A stretch of 64,000 nucleotides of DNA. Origin: Lingula anatina. Lineage: Eukaryota; Animalia; Brachiopoda. The position numbers and the translations under genes were made by a program. The stretch spans positions 7,626,001 to 7,690,000 of the forward strand of contig CM120641.1 in NCBI GenBank assembly GCA_051362555.1, given 5' to 3'. Positions 39,101 to 51,700 of this stretch are shown piece by piece. How positions within the stretch are numbered: position 1 is the stretch's first letter; every line of letters begins with the position of its first letter. Under the pieces are notes generated by a model. It was not told the DNA's origin. It searched no databases and worked only from the letters and a program-made list of their open reading frames with translations.

Positions 39101-42100
39101 TAGGTTCTCACTAAAAGTAAAACACGCCTGTTGTGAACCGCCTCTGATCCGTGTGGACTCTTTAATATCATGGGTAAATCCAAAATAAATCTCAGTATGA
39201 AACAAACTCCGAGCTCCGTGTCGGGTTTTTAAACACGATTTCCTGTGCATCATGAACTTTACCGTTCATGTCTGGGACTGGGGTTTTGTAGGATGAAATG
39301 GGGCACCGGGATTATCGATTGGGATAGCAGTTGTACACATGTACATCCAATCTGGCGCTCTCCGTGACAAGGTTGAAAGTTTCCATCTGATCGTTGCTGG
39401 TCGACGAAGCTGTCGTGGCTGCGTGGTAACTCTGCTGCTTTGCAGATAGGCAAGAACTCGGACGATAGTTCGAGTCCCAGTAGATACTGTGTCATTTATT
39501 GCCAGAATTAATTTTTTAAAAATTGCGCTTGATTACTATAAGAGGAAACTCGCACGTACGGAGGGTGGCGGGTCAGTCACGGAGCAGTCGGTAGCGTGCA
39601 TGGATGCAAATGAGACAGCCGAAGCGTCATCAACCTTGGTAACGCAAAGTCACGGGTTCGAGTCCCGGATGAGGCACGTCACGACAACGACCTGGCCCCT
39701 GAATCGGGATGCCACGAGACGGGATTGAATGAGGGCTCTCGTGGGACTTAGCAAATTACCTTTTGCGTAAAAATACGGTATACTTCAGAAAGTTTAAATC
39801 TGCTTCGACAATTATATTTCCTTGCTCTTCAGTTAAAAGTCCTTATATTGCTGCCACGATCTTGAACTTAAACTGAGCTAAAGCTAACTCCGTACGTACT
39901 GCATTTCATCAAAATGTGCTATCTTTTTGGTGGGATTATCAGAGAGAAAACTTTTGATTTTTTACAAAAGTTGCGTCGCCTCTACTCCTTTTATCAGGCA
40001 CAAGCTTTGTCTTTTTATGCCCCTCCTTTCCTATCTTGGGCCCTTGCTTCTCAAGACCGTTCATATGTTCATGCAGTACCCGGGGCAAGTCCGCAGTCGA
40101 CATTTGAAAGAGTAAAGACTACTCAATACTAAAACCGCCGAGGTTTGAACAGCTGTGCATCTCACCGTGCTCTTTAACGTCAAAGGTGAAACCAAACGTT
40201 ATCTCAGTGCAAAACAAAATGAAAATAAAGGCATCTGAAGTCATTTAACTATAGGAACGTTCAGAACAGGCCTATCAATGAATGCGATCCAACTTGTTTT
40301 GATTCAGTAGCTTTTCCCGTATAACAGCAGGTCATACCACCTGTTAACCGTGTTCGGTAGAAAAACGATGTCTCCTCGGCAGAATTATTTGCCAAATATG
40401 TTTCACTCAAAATTACCATTGAATGTTATTTATTATCATTATTATTATTTTTTTTTTTGATTCTCTCCTCTTAGGTTCTCACTAAAAGTAAAACACGCCT
40501 GTTGTGAACCTCCTCTGATCCGTGTGGACTCTTTAATATCATGGGTAAATCCAAAATAAATCTCAGTATGAAACAAACTCCGAGCTCCGTGTCGGGTTCT
40601 CAAACACGATTTCCTGTGCATCATGAACTTTACCGTTCATGTCTGGGACTGGGGTTTTGTAGGATGAAATGGGGCACCGGGATTATCGATTGGGATAGCA
40701 GTTGTACACATGTACATCCAATCTGGCGCTCTCCGTGACAAGGTTGAAAGTTTCCATCTGATCGTAGCTGGTCGACGAAGCTGTCGTGGCTGTGTGGTAA
40801 CTCTGCTGCTTTGCAGATAGGCAGGAACTCGGACGATGGTTCGAGTCCCAGTAGATACTATGTCATTTTTTGCCAGAATTAATTTTCTAAAAATTGCGCT
40901 TGATAACTATAAGAGGAAACTCGCACATGCGGACGGTGGGCGGGTCAGTCACGGAGCAGTCGGTAGCGTGCATGGATGGAAATGAGACAGCCGAAGCCTC
41001 ATCAACCTTGGTAACGCAAAGTCACGGGTTCGAGGCCCGGATGAGGCACGTCACGACAACGACTTGGCCCCTGAATCGGGATGCCACGAGACGGGAATGA
41101 ATGAGGGCTCTCGTGGGACTTAGCAAATTACCTTTTGCGTAAAAATACGGTATACTTCAGAAGGTTTAAATCTGCTTCGACAATTATATTTCCTTGCTCT
41201 TCAGTTAAAAGTCCTTATATTGCTGCCACGATCTTGAACTTAAACTGAGCTAAAGCTAACTCCGTGCGTACTGCATTTCATCAAAATGTGCTATCTTTTT
41301 GGTGGGATTATCAGAGAGAAAACTTTTGATTTTTTACAAAAGTTGCGTCGCCTCTACTCCTTTTATCAGGCACAAGCTTTGTCTTTTTATGCCCCTCCTT
41401 TCCTATCTTGGGCCCTTGCTTCTCAAGACCGTTCATGTATGTTCATGCAGTACCCGGGGCAAGTCCGCAGTCGACATTTGAAAGAGTAAAGACTACTCAA
41501 TACTAAAACCGCCGAGGTTTGAACAGCTGTGCATCTCATCTTGCTCGATAACGTCAAAGGTGAAACCAAACGTTATCTCAGTGCAAAACAAAATGAAAAT
41601 AAAGGCATCTGAAGTCATTTAACTATAGGAACGTTCAGAACAGGCCTATCAATGAATGCGATCCAACTTGTTTTGATTCAGTAGCTTTTCCCGTATAACA
41701 GCAGGTCATACCACCTGTTAACCGTGTTCGGTAGAAAAACGATGTCTCCTCGGCAGAATTATTTGCCAAATATGTTTCACTCAAAATTACCATTGAATGT
41801 TATTTATTATTATTATTATTTTTATTTATTTTTTTTTTTGATTCTCTCCTCTTAGGTTCTCACTAAAAGTAAAACACGCCTGTTGTGAACCGCCTCTGAT
41901 CCGTGTGGACTCTTTAATATCATGTGTAAATCCAAAATAAATCTCAGTATGAAACAAACTCCGAGCTCCGTGTCGGGTTTTTAAACACGATTTCCTGTGC
42001 ATCATGAACTTTACCGTTCATGTCTGGGACTGGGGTTTTGTAGGATGAAATGGGGCACCGGGATTATCGATTGGGATAGCAGTTGTACACATGTACATCC

Positions 42101-43525
42101 AATCTGGCGCTCTCCGTGACAAGGTTGAAAGTTTCCATCTGATCGTTGCTGGTCGACGAAGCTGTCGTGGCTGCGTGGTAACTCTGCTGCTTTGCAGATA
42201 GGCAAGAACTCGGACGATAGTTCGAGTCCCAGTAGATACTGTGTCATTTATTGCCAGAATTAATTTTTTAAAAATTGCGCTTGATTACTATAAGAGGAAA
42301 CTCGCACGTACGGAGGGTGGCGGGTCAGTCACGGAGCAGTCGGTAGCGTGCATGGATGCAAATGAGACAGCCGAAGCGTCATCAACCTTGGTAACGCAAA
42401 GTCACGGGTTCGAGTCCCGGATGAGGCACGTCACGACAACGACCTGGCCCCTGAATCGGGATGCCACGAGACGGGATTGAATGAGGGCTCTCGTGGGACT
42501 TAGCAAATTACCTTTTGCGTAAAAATACGGTATACTTCAGAAAGTTTAAATCTGCTTCGACAATTATATTTCCTTGCTCTTCAGTTAAAAGTCCTTATAT
42601 TGCTGCCACGATCTTGAACTTAAACTGAGCTAAAGCTAACTCCGTACGTACTGCATTTCATCAAAATGTGCTATCTTTTTGGTGGGATTATCAGAGAGAA
42701 AACTTTTGATTTTTTACAAAAGTTGCGTCGCCTCTACTCCTTTTATCAGGCACAAGCTTTGTCTTTTTATGCCCCTCCTTTCCTATCTTGGGCCCTTGCT
42801 TCTCAAGACCGTTCATATGTTCATGCAGTACCCGGGGCAAGTCCGCAGTCGACATTTGAAAGAGTAAAGACTACTCAATACTAAAACCGCCGAGGTTTGA
42901 ACAGCTGTGCATCTCACCGTGCTCTTTAACGTCAAAGGTGAAACCAAACGTTATCTCAGTGCAAAACAAAATGAAAATAAAGGCATCTGAAGTCATTTAA
43001 CTATAGGAACGTTTAGAACAGGCCTATCAATGAATGCGATCCAACTTGTTTTGATTCAGTAGCTTTTCCCGTATAACAGCAGGTCATACCACCTGTTAAC
43101 CGTGTTCGGTAGAAAAACGATGTCTCCTCGGCAGAATTATTTGCCAAATATGTTTCACTCAAAATTACCATTGAATGTTATTTATTATTATTATTATTAT
43201 TTTTTTTTTTTAATCTCTCCTCTTAGGTTCTCACTAAAAGTAAAACACGCCTGTTGTGAACCTCCTCTGATCCGTGTGGACTCTTTAATATCATGGGTAA
43301 ATCCAAAATAAATCTCAGTATGAAACAAACTCCGAGCTCCGTGTCGGGTTCTCAAACACGATTTCCTGTGCATCATGAACTTTACCGTTCATGTCTGGGA
43401 CTGGGGTTTTGTAGGATGAAATGGGGCACCGGGATTATCGATTGGGATAGCAGTTGTACACATGTACATCCAATCTGGCGCTCTCCGTGACAAGGTTGAA
43501 AGTTTCCATCTGATCGTTGCTGGTC

Positions 43526-43623
43526 GACGAAGCTGTCGTGGCTGCGTGGTAACTCTGCTGCTTTGCAGATAGGCAGGAACTCGGTCGATGGTTCGAGTCC
43601 CAGTAGATACTGTGTCATTTTTT
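43526..43623 (+). ncRNA. Putative Pol III small RNA 'A', vault-RNA-like (~91 nt + T6); representative copy, one per array unit (first at 38021-38118)
   Basis: A-box-like GTGGCTGCGTGG (43538-43549), B-box GGTTCGAGTCCC (43590-43601) and TTTTTT terminator (43618-43623). The 5' and 3' ends are partly complementary. There is no tRNA acceptor stem. Confidence 0.5.
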
Positions 43624-43689
43624 GCCAGAATTAATTTTCTAAAAATTGCGCTTGATTACTATAAGAGGAAACTCGCACGTACGGAGGGT

Positions 43690-43888
43690 GGGCGGGTCAG
43701 TCACGGAGCAGTCGGTAGCGTGCATGGATGCAAATGAGACAGCCGAAGCGTCATCAACCTTGTTAACGCAAAGTCACGGGTTCGAGTCCCGGATGAGGCA
43801 CGTCACGACAACGACCTGGCCCCTGAATCGGGATGCCACGAGACGGGATTGAATGAGGGCTCTCGTGGGACTTAGCAAATTACCTTTT
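43690..43888 (+). ncRNA. Putative Pol III RNA 'B', tRNA-derived/SINE-head-like (~130-200 nt); representative copy, one per array unit
   Basis: TATAAGA sits at 43660 (-30). The A-box/D-loop-like CGGAGCAGTCGGTAGCGTG starts at 43704 and the T-arm/B-box CGGGTTCGAGTCCCG spans 43777-43791. A terminal stem GGGCGGGTC/GACCTGGCCC and a hairpin CCACGAGA/TCTCGTGG follow, then TTTT at 43885-43888. Confidence 0.5.
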
Positions 43889-46800
43889 GCGTAAAAATAC
43901 GGTATACTTCAGAAAGTTTAAATCTGCTTCGACAATTATATTTCCTTGCTCTTCAGTTAAAAGTCCTTATATTGCTGCCACGATCTTGAACTTAAACTGA
44001 GCTAAAGCTAACTCCGTACGTACTGCATTTCATCAAAATGTGCTATCTTTTTGGTGGGATTATCAGAGAGAAAACTTTTGATTTTTTACAAAAGTTGCGT
44101 CGCCTCTACTCCTTTTATCAGGCACAAGCTTTGTCTTTTTATGCCCCTCCTTTCCTATCTTGGGCCCTTGCTTCTCAAGACCGTTCATATGTTCATGCAG
44201 TACCCGGGGCAAGTCCGCAGTCGACATTTGAAAGAGTAAAGACTACTCAATACTAAAACCGCCGAGGTTTGAACAGCTGTGCATCTCACCGTGCTCTTTA
44301 ACGTCAAAGGTGAAACCAAACGTTATCTCAGTGCAAAACAAAATGAAAATAAAGGCATCTGAAGTCATTTAACTATAGGAACGTTTAGAACAGGCCTATC
44401 AATGAATGCGATCCAACTTGTTTTGATTCAGTAGCTTTTCCCGTATAACAGCAGGTCATACCACCTGTTAACCGTGTTCGGTAGAAAAACGATGTCTCCT
44501 CGGCAGAATTATTTGCCAAATATGTTTCACTCAAAATTACCATTGAATGTTATTTATTATTATTATTATTATTATTTTTTTTTTTAATCTCTCCTCTTAG
44601 GTTCTCACTAAAAGTAAAACACGCCTGTTGTGAACCTCCTCTGATCCGTGTGGACTCTTTAATATCATGGGTAAATCCAAAATAAATCTCAGTATGAAAC
44701 AAACTCCGAGCTCCGTGTCGGGTTCTCAAACACGATTTCCTGTGCATCATGAACTTTACCGTTCATGTCTGGGACTGGGGTTTTGTAGGATGAAATGGGG
44801 CACCGGGATTATCGATTGGGATAGCAGTTGTACACATGTACATCCAATCTGGCGCTCTCCGTGACAAGGTTGAAAGTTTCCATCTGATCGTTGCTGGTCG
44901 ACGAAGCTGTCGTGGCTGCGTGGTAACTCTGCTGCTTTGCAGATAGGCAGGAACTCGGTCGATGGTTCGAGTCCCAGTAGATACTGTGTCATTTTTTGCC
45001 AGAATTAATTTTCTAAAAATTGCGCTTGATTACTATAAGAGGAAACTCGCACGTACGGAGGGTGGGCGGGTCAGTCACGGAGCAGTCGGTAGCGTGCATG
45101 GATGCAAATGAGACAGCCGAAGCGTCATCAACCTTGTTAACGCAAAGTCACGGGTTCGAGTCCCGGATGAGGCACGTCACGACAACGACCTGGCCCCTGA
45201 ATCGGGATGCCACGAGACGGGATTGAATGAGGGCTCTCGTGGGACTTAGCAAATTACCTTTTGCGTAAAAATACGGTATACTTCAGAAAGTTTAAATCTG
45301 CTTCGACAATTATATTTCCTTGCTCTTCAGTTAAAAGTCCTTATATTGCTGCCACGATCTTGAACTTAAACTGAGCTAAAGCTAACTCCGTACGTACTGC
45401 ATTTCATCAAAATGTGCTATCTTTTTGGTGGGATTATCAGAGAGAAAACTTTTGATTTTTTACAAAAGTTGCGTCGCCTCTACTCCTTTTATCAGGCACA
45501 AGCTTTGTCTTTTTATGCCCCTCCTTTCCTATCTTGGGCCCTTGCTTCTCAAGACCGTTCATATGTTCATGCAGTACCCGGGGCAAGTCCGCAGTCGACA
45601 TTTGAAAGAGTAAAGACTACTCAATACTAAAACCGCCGAGGTTTGAACAGCTGTGCATCTCACCGTGCTCTTTAACGTCAAAGGTGAAACCAAACGTTAT
45701 CTCAGTGCAAAACAAAATGAAAATAAAGGCATCTGAAGTCATTTAACTATAGGAACGTTCAGAACAGGCCTATCAATGAATGCGATCCAACTTGTTTTGA
45801 TTCAGTAGCTTTTCCCGTATAACAGCAGGTCATACCACCTGTCAACCGTGTTCAGTAGAAAAACGATGTCTCCTCGGCAGAATTATTTGCCAAATATGTT
45901 TCACTCAAAATTACCATTGAATGTTATTTATTATTATTATTATTTTTATTTTTTTTTTTTTGATTCTCTCCTCTTAGGTTCTCACTAAAAGTAAAACACG
46001 CCTGTTGTGAACCTCCTCTGATCCGTGTGGACTCTTTAATATTATGGGTAAATTCAAAATAAATCTCAGTATGAAACAAACTCCGAGCTCCGTGTCGGGT
46101 TCTCAAACACGATTTCCTGTGCATCATGAACTTTACCGTTCATGTCTGGGACTGGGGTTTTGTAGGATGAAATGGGGCACCGGGATTATCGATTGGGATA
46201 GCAGTTGTACACATGTACATCCAATCTGGCGCTCTCCGTGACAAGGTTGAAAGTTTCCATCTGATCGTTGCTGGTCGACGAAGCTGTCGTGGCTGCGTGG
46301 TAACTCTGCTGCTTTGCAGATAGGCAGGAACTCGGTCGATGGTTCGAGTCCCAGTAGATACTGTGTCATTTTTTGCCAGAATTAATTTTCTAAAAATTGC
46401 GCTTGATTACTATAAGAGGAAACTCGCACGTACGGAGGGTGGGCGGGTCAGTCACGGAGCAGTCGGTAGCGTGCATGGATGTAAATGAGACAGCCGAAGC
46501 GTCATCAACCTTGGTAACGCAAAGTCACGGGTTCGAGTCCCGGATGAGGCACGTCACGACAACGACCTGGCCCCTGAATCGGGATGCCACGAGACGGGAA
46601 TGAATGAGGGCTCTCGTGGGACTTAACAAATTACCTTTTGCGTAAAAATACGGTATACTTCAGAAAGTTTAAATCTGCTTCGACAATTATATTTCCTTGC
46701 TCTTCAGTTAAAAGTCCTTATATTGCTGCCACGATCTTGAACTTAAACTGAGCTAAAGCGAACTCCGTGCGTACTGCATTTCATCAAAATGTGCTATCTT

Positions 46801-48675
46801 TTTGGTGGGATTATCAGAGAGAAAACTTTTGATTTTTTACAAAAGTTGCGTCGCCTCTACTCCTTTTATCAGGCACAAGCTTTGTCTTTTTATGCCCCTC
46901 CTTTCCTATCTTGGGCCCTTGCTTCTCAAGACCGTTCATATGTTCATGCAGTACCCGGGGCAAGTCCGCAGTCGACATTTGAAAGAGTAAAGACTACTCA
47001 ATACTAAAACCGCCGAGGTTTGAACAGCTGTGCATCTCACCGTGCTCTTTAACGTCAAAGGTGAAACCAAACGTTATCTCAGTGCAAAACAAAATGAAAA
47101 TAAAGGCATCTGAAGTCATTTAACTATAGGAACGTTCAGAACAGGCCTATCAATGAATGCGATCCAACTTGTTTTGATTCAGTAGCTTTTCCCGTATAAC
47201 AGCAGGTCATACCACCTGTTAACCGTGTTCGGTAGAAAAACGATGTCTCCTCGGCAGAATTATTTGCCAAATATGTTTCACTCAAAATTACCATTGAATG
47301 TTATTTATTATTATTATTATTATTATTATTTTTTTTGATTCTCTCCTCTTAGGTTCTCACTAAAAGTAAAACACGCCTGTTGTGAACCTCCTCTGATCCG
47401 TGTGTACTCTTTAATATCATGGGTAAATCCAAAATAAATCTCAGTATGAAACAAACTCCGAGCTCCGTGTCGGGTTCTCAAACACGATTTCCTGTGCATC
47501 ATGAACTTTACCGTTCATGTCTGGGACTGGGGTTTTGTAGGATGAAATGGGGCACCGGGATTATCGATTGGGATAGCAGTTGTACACATGTACATCCAAT
47601 CTGGCGCTCTCCGTGACAAGGTTGAAAGTTTCCATCTGATCGTTGCTGGTCGACGAAGCTGTCGTGGCTGCGTGGTAACTCTGCTGCTTTGCTGATAGGC
47701 AGGAACTCGGTCGATGGTTCGAGTCCCAGTAGATACTGTGTCATTTTTTGCCAGAATTAATTTTCTAAAAATTGCGCTTGATTACTATAAGAGGAAACTC
47801 GCACGTACGGAGGGTGGGCGGGTCAGTCACGGAGCAGTCGGTAGCGTGCATGGATGCAAATGAGACAGCCGAAGCGTCATCAACCTTGTTAACGCAAAGT
47901 CACGGGTTCGAGTCCCGGATGAGGCACGTCACGACAACGACCTGGCCCCTGAATCGGGATGCCACGAGACGGGATTGAATGAGGGCTCTCGTGGGACTTA
48001 GCAAATTACCTTTTGCGTAAAAATACGGTATACTTCAGAAAGTTTAAATCTGCTTCGACAATTATATTTCCTTGCTCTTCAGTTAAAAGTCCTTATATTG
48101 CTGCCACGATCTTGAACTTAAACTGAGCTAAAGCTAACTCCGTACGTACTGCATTTCATCAAAATGTGCTATCTTTTTGGTGGGATTATCAGAGAGAAAA
48201 CTTTTGATTTTTTACAAAAGTTGCGTCGCCTCTACTCCTTTTATCAGGCACAAGCTTTGTCTTTTTATGCCCCTCCTTTCCTATCTTGGGCCCTTGCTTC
48301 TCAAGACCGTTCATATGTTCATGCAGTACCCGGGGCAAGTCCGCAGTCGACATTTGAAAGAGTAAAGACTACTCAATACTAAAACCGCCGAGGTTTGAAC
48401 AGCTGTGCATCTCACCGTGCTCTTTAACGTCAAAGGTGAAACCAAACGTTATCTCAGTGCAAAACAAAATGAAAATAAAGGCATCTGAAGTCATTTAACT
48501 ATAGGAACGTTCAGAACAGGCCTATCAATGAATGCGATCCAACTTGTTTTGATTCAGTAGCTTTTCCCGTATAACAGCAGGTCATACCACCTGTTAACCG
48601 TGTTCGGTAGAAAAACGATGTCTCCTCGGCAGAATTATTTGCCAAATATGTTTCACTCAAAATTACCATTGAATG

Positions 48676-48711
<36 letters not shown>

Positions 48712-51700
48712 TTTTTTTTTGATTCTCTCCTCTTAGGTTCTCACTAAAAGTAAAACACGCCTGTTGTGAACCTCCTCTGATCCGTGTGTACTCTTTAATA
48801 TCATGGGTAAATCCAAAATAAATCTCAGTATGAAACAAACTCCGAGCTCCGTGTCGGGTTCTCAAACACGATTTCCTGTGCATCATGAACTTTACCGTTC
48901 ATGTCTGGGACTGGGGTTTTGTAGGATGAAATGGGGCACCGGGATTATCGATTGGGATAGCAGTTGTACACATGTACATCCAATCTGGCGCTCTCCGTGA
49001 CAAGGTTGAAAGTTTCCATCTGATCGTGTTGGTCGACGAAGCTGTCGTGGCTGCGTGGTAACTCTGCTGCTTTGCAGATAGGCAGGAACTCGGTCGATGG
49101 TTCGAGTCCCAGTAGATACTGTGTCATTTTTTGCCAGAATTAATTTTCTAAAAATTGCGCTTGATTACTATAAGAGGAAACTCGCACGTACGGAGGGTGG
49201 GCGGGTCAGTCACGGAGCAGTCGGTAGCGTGCATGGATGCAAATGAGACAGCCCAAGCGTCATCAACCTTGTTAACGCAAAGTCACGGGTTCGAGTCCCG
49301 GATGAGGCACGTCACGACAACGACCTGGCCCCTGAATCGGGATGCCACGAGACGGGATTGAATGAGGGCTCTCGTGGGACTTAGCAAATTACCTTTTGCG
49401 TAAAAATACGGTATACTTCAGAAAGTTTAAATCTGCTTCGACAATTATATTTCCTTGCTCTTCAGTTAAAAGTCCTTATATTGCTGCCACGATCTTGAAC
49501 TTAAACTGAGCTAAAGCTAACTCCGTACGTACTGCATTTCATCAAAATGTGCTATCTTTTTGGTGGGATTATCAGAGAGAAAACTTTTGATTTTTTACAA
49601 AAGTTGCGTCGCCTCTACTCCTTTTATCAGGCACAAGCTTTGTCTTTTTATGCCCCTCCTTTCCTATCTTGGGCCCTTGCTTCTCAAGACCGTTCATATG
49701 TTCATGCAGTACCCGGGGCAAGTCCGCAGTCGACATTTGAAAGAGTAAAGACTACTCAATACTAAAACCGCCGAGGTTTGAACAGCTGTGCATCTCACCG
49801 TGCTCTTTAACGTCAAAGGTGAAACCAAACGTTATCTCAGTGCAAAACAAAATGAAAATAAAGGCATCTGAAGTCATTTAACTATAGGAACGTTCAGAAC
49901 AGGCCTATCAATGAATGCGATCCAACTTGTTTTGATTCAGTAGCTTTTCCCGTATAACAGCAGGTCATACCACCTGTTAACCGTGTTCGGTAGAAAAACG
50001 ATGTCTCCTCGGCAGAATTATTTGCCAAATATGTTTCACTCAAAATTACCATTGAATGTTATTTATTATTATTATTATTTTTTTTTTTTTTATTCTCTCC
50101 TCTTAGGTTCTCACTAAAAGTAAAACACGCCTGTTGTGAACCTCCTCTGATCCGTGTGGACTCTTTAATATCATGGGTAAATCCAAAATAAATCTCAGTA
50201 TGAAACAAACTCCGAGCTCCGTGTCGGGTTCTCAAACACGATTTCCTGTGCATCATGAACTTTACCGTTCATGTCTGGGACTGGGGTTTTGTAGGATGAA
50301 ATGGGGCACCGGGATTATCGATTGGGATAGCAGTTGTACACATGTACATCCAATCTGGCGCTCTCCGTGACAAGGTTGAAAGTTTCCATCTGATCGTTGC
50401 TGGTCGACGAAGCTGTCGTGGCTGCGTGGTAACTCTGCTGCTTTGCTGATAGGCAGGAACTCGGTCGATGGTTCGAGTCCCAGTAGATACTGTGTCATTT
50501 TTTGCCAGAATTAATTTTCTAAAAATTGCGCTTGATTACTATAAGAGGAAACTCGCACGTACGGAGGGTGGGCGGGTCAGTCACGGAGCAGTCGGTAGCG
50601 TGCATGGATGCAAATGAGACAGCCGAAGCGTCATCAACCTTGTTAACGCAAAGTCACGGGTTCGAGTCCCGGATGAGGCACGTCACGACAACGACCTGGC
50701 CCCTGAATCGGGATGCCACGAGACGGGATTGAATGAGGGCTCTCGTGGGATTTAGCAAATTACCTTTTGCGTAAAAATACGGTATACTTCAGAAAGTTTA
50801 AATCTGCTTCGACAATTATATTTCCTTGCTCTTCAGTTAAAAGTCCTTATATTGCTGCCACGATCTTGAACTTAAACTGAGCTAAAGCTAACTCCGTACG
50901 TACTGCATTTCATCAAAATGTGCTATCTTTTTGGTGGGATTATCAGAGAGAAAACTTTTGATTTTTTACAAAAGTTGCGTCGCCTCTACTCCTTTTATCA
51001 GGCACAAGCTTTGTCTTTTTATGCCCCTCCTTTCCTATCTTGGGCCCTTGCTTCTCAAGACCGTTCATATGTTCATGCAGTACCCGGGGCAAGTCCGCAG
51101 TCGACATTTGAAAGAGTAAAGACTACTCAATACTAAAACCGCCGAGGTTTGAACAGCTGTGCATCTCACCGTGCTCTTTAACGTCAAAGGTGAAACCAAA
51201 CGTTATCTCAGTGCAAAACAAAATGAAAATAAAGGCATCTGAAGTCATTTAACTATAGGAACGTTCAGAACAGGCCTATCAATGAATGCGATCCAACTTG
51301 TTTTGATTCAGTAGCTTTTCCCGTATAACAGCAGGTCATACCACCTGTTAACCGTGTTCGGTAGAAAAACGATGTCTCCTCGGCAGAATTATTTGCCAAA
51401 TATGTTTCACTCAAAATTACCATTGAATGTTATTTATTATTATTATTATTTTTTTTTTTTTTTTGATTCTCTCCTCTTAGGTTCTCACTAAAAGTAAAAC
51501 ACGCCTGTTGTGAACCTCCTCTGATCCGTGTGGACTCTTTAATATCATGGGTAAATCCAAAATAAATCTCAGTATGAAACAAACTCCGAGCTCCGTGTCG
51601 GGTTCTCAAACACGATTTCCTGTGCATCATGAACTTTACCGTTCATGTCTGGGACTGGGGTTTTGTAGGATGAAATGGGGCACCGGGATTATCGATTGGG

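Noticed and set aside
43526-43800. Calling the two cassettes canonical tRNA genes
   Set aside because: Acceptor and anticodon stems do not form. Only the A-box and B-box/T-arm are tRNA-like.
43817-43840. TGGCCCCTG-N5-GGATGCCACG resembles the U6 snRNA internal stem-loop region
   Set aside because: No ACAGAGA box, AGC triad or U6 5' stem. The match is too short to call U6.
43780-43875. Possible self-cleaving ribozyme (HDV-like GTCCC/GGGAC pairing, or hammerhead as in retrozyme arrays)
   Set aside because: I could not build the HDV P1/P3/L3 core by eye and saw no CTGATGA...GAAA hammerhead core. A covariance-model search would be needed to exclude it fully.
44452-44480. GGTCATACCAC resembles the 5' end of 5S rRNA
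   Set aside because: Similarity stops after ~11 nt, with no 5S internal control region or fold.
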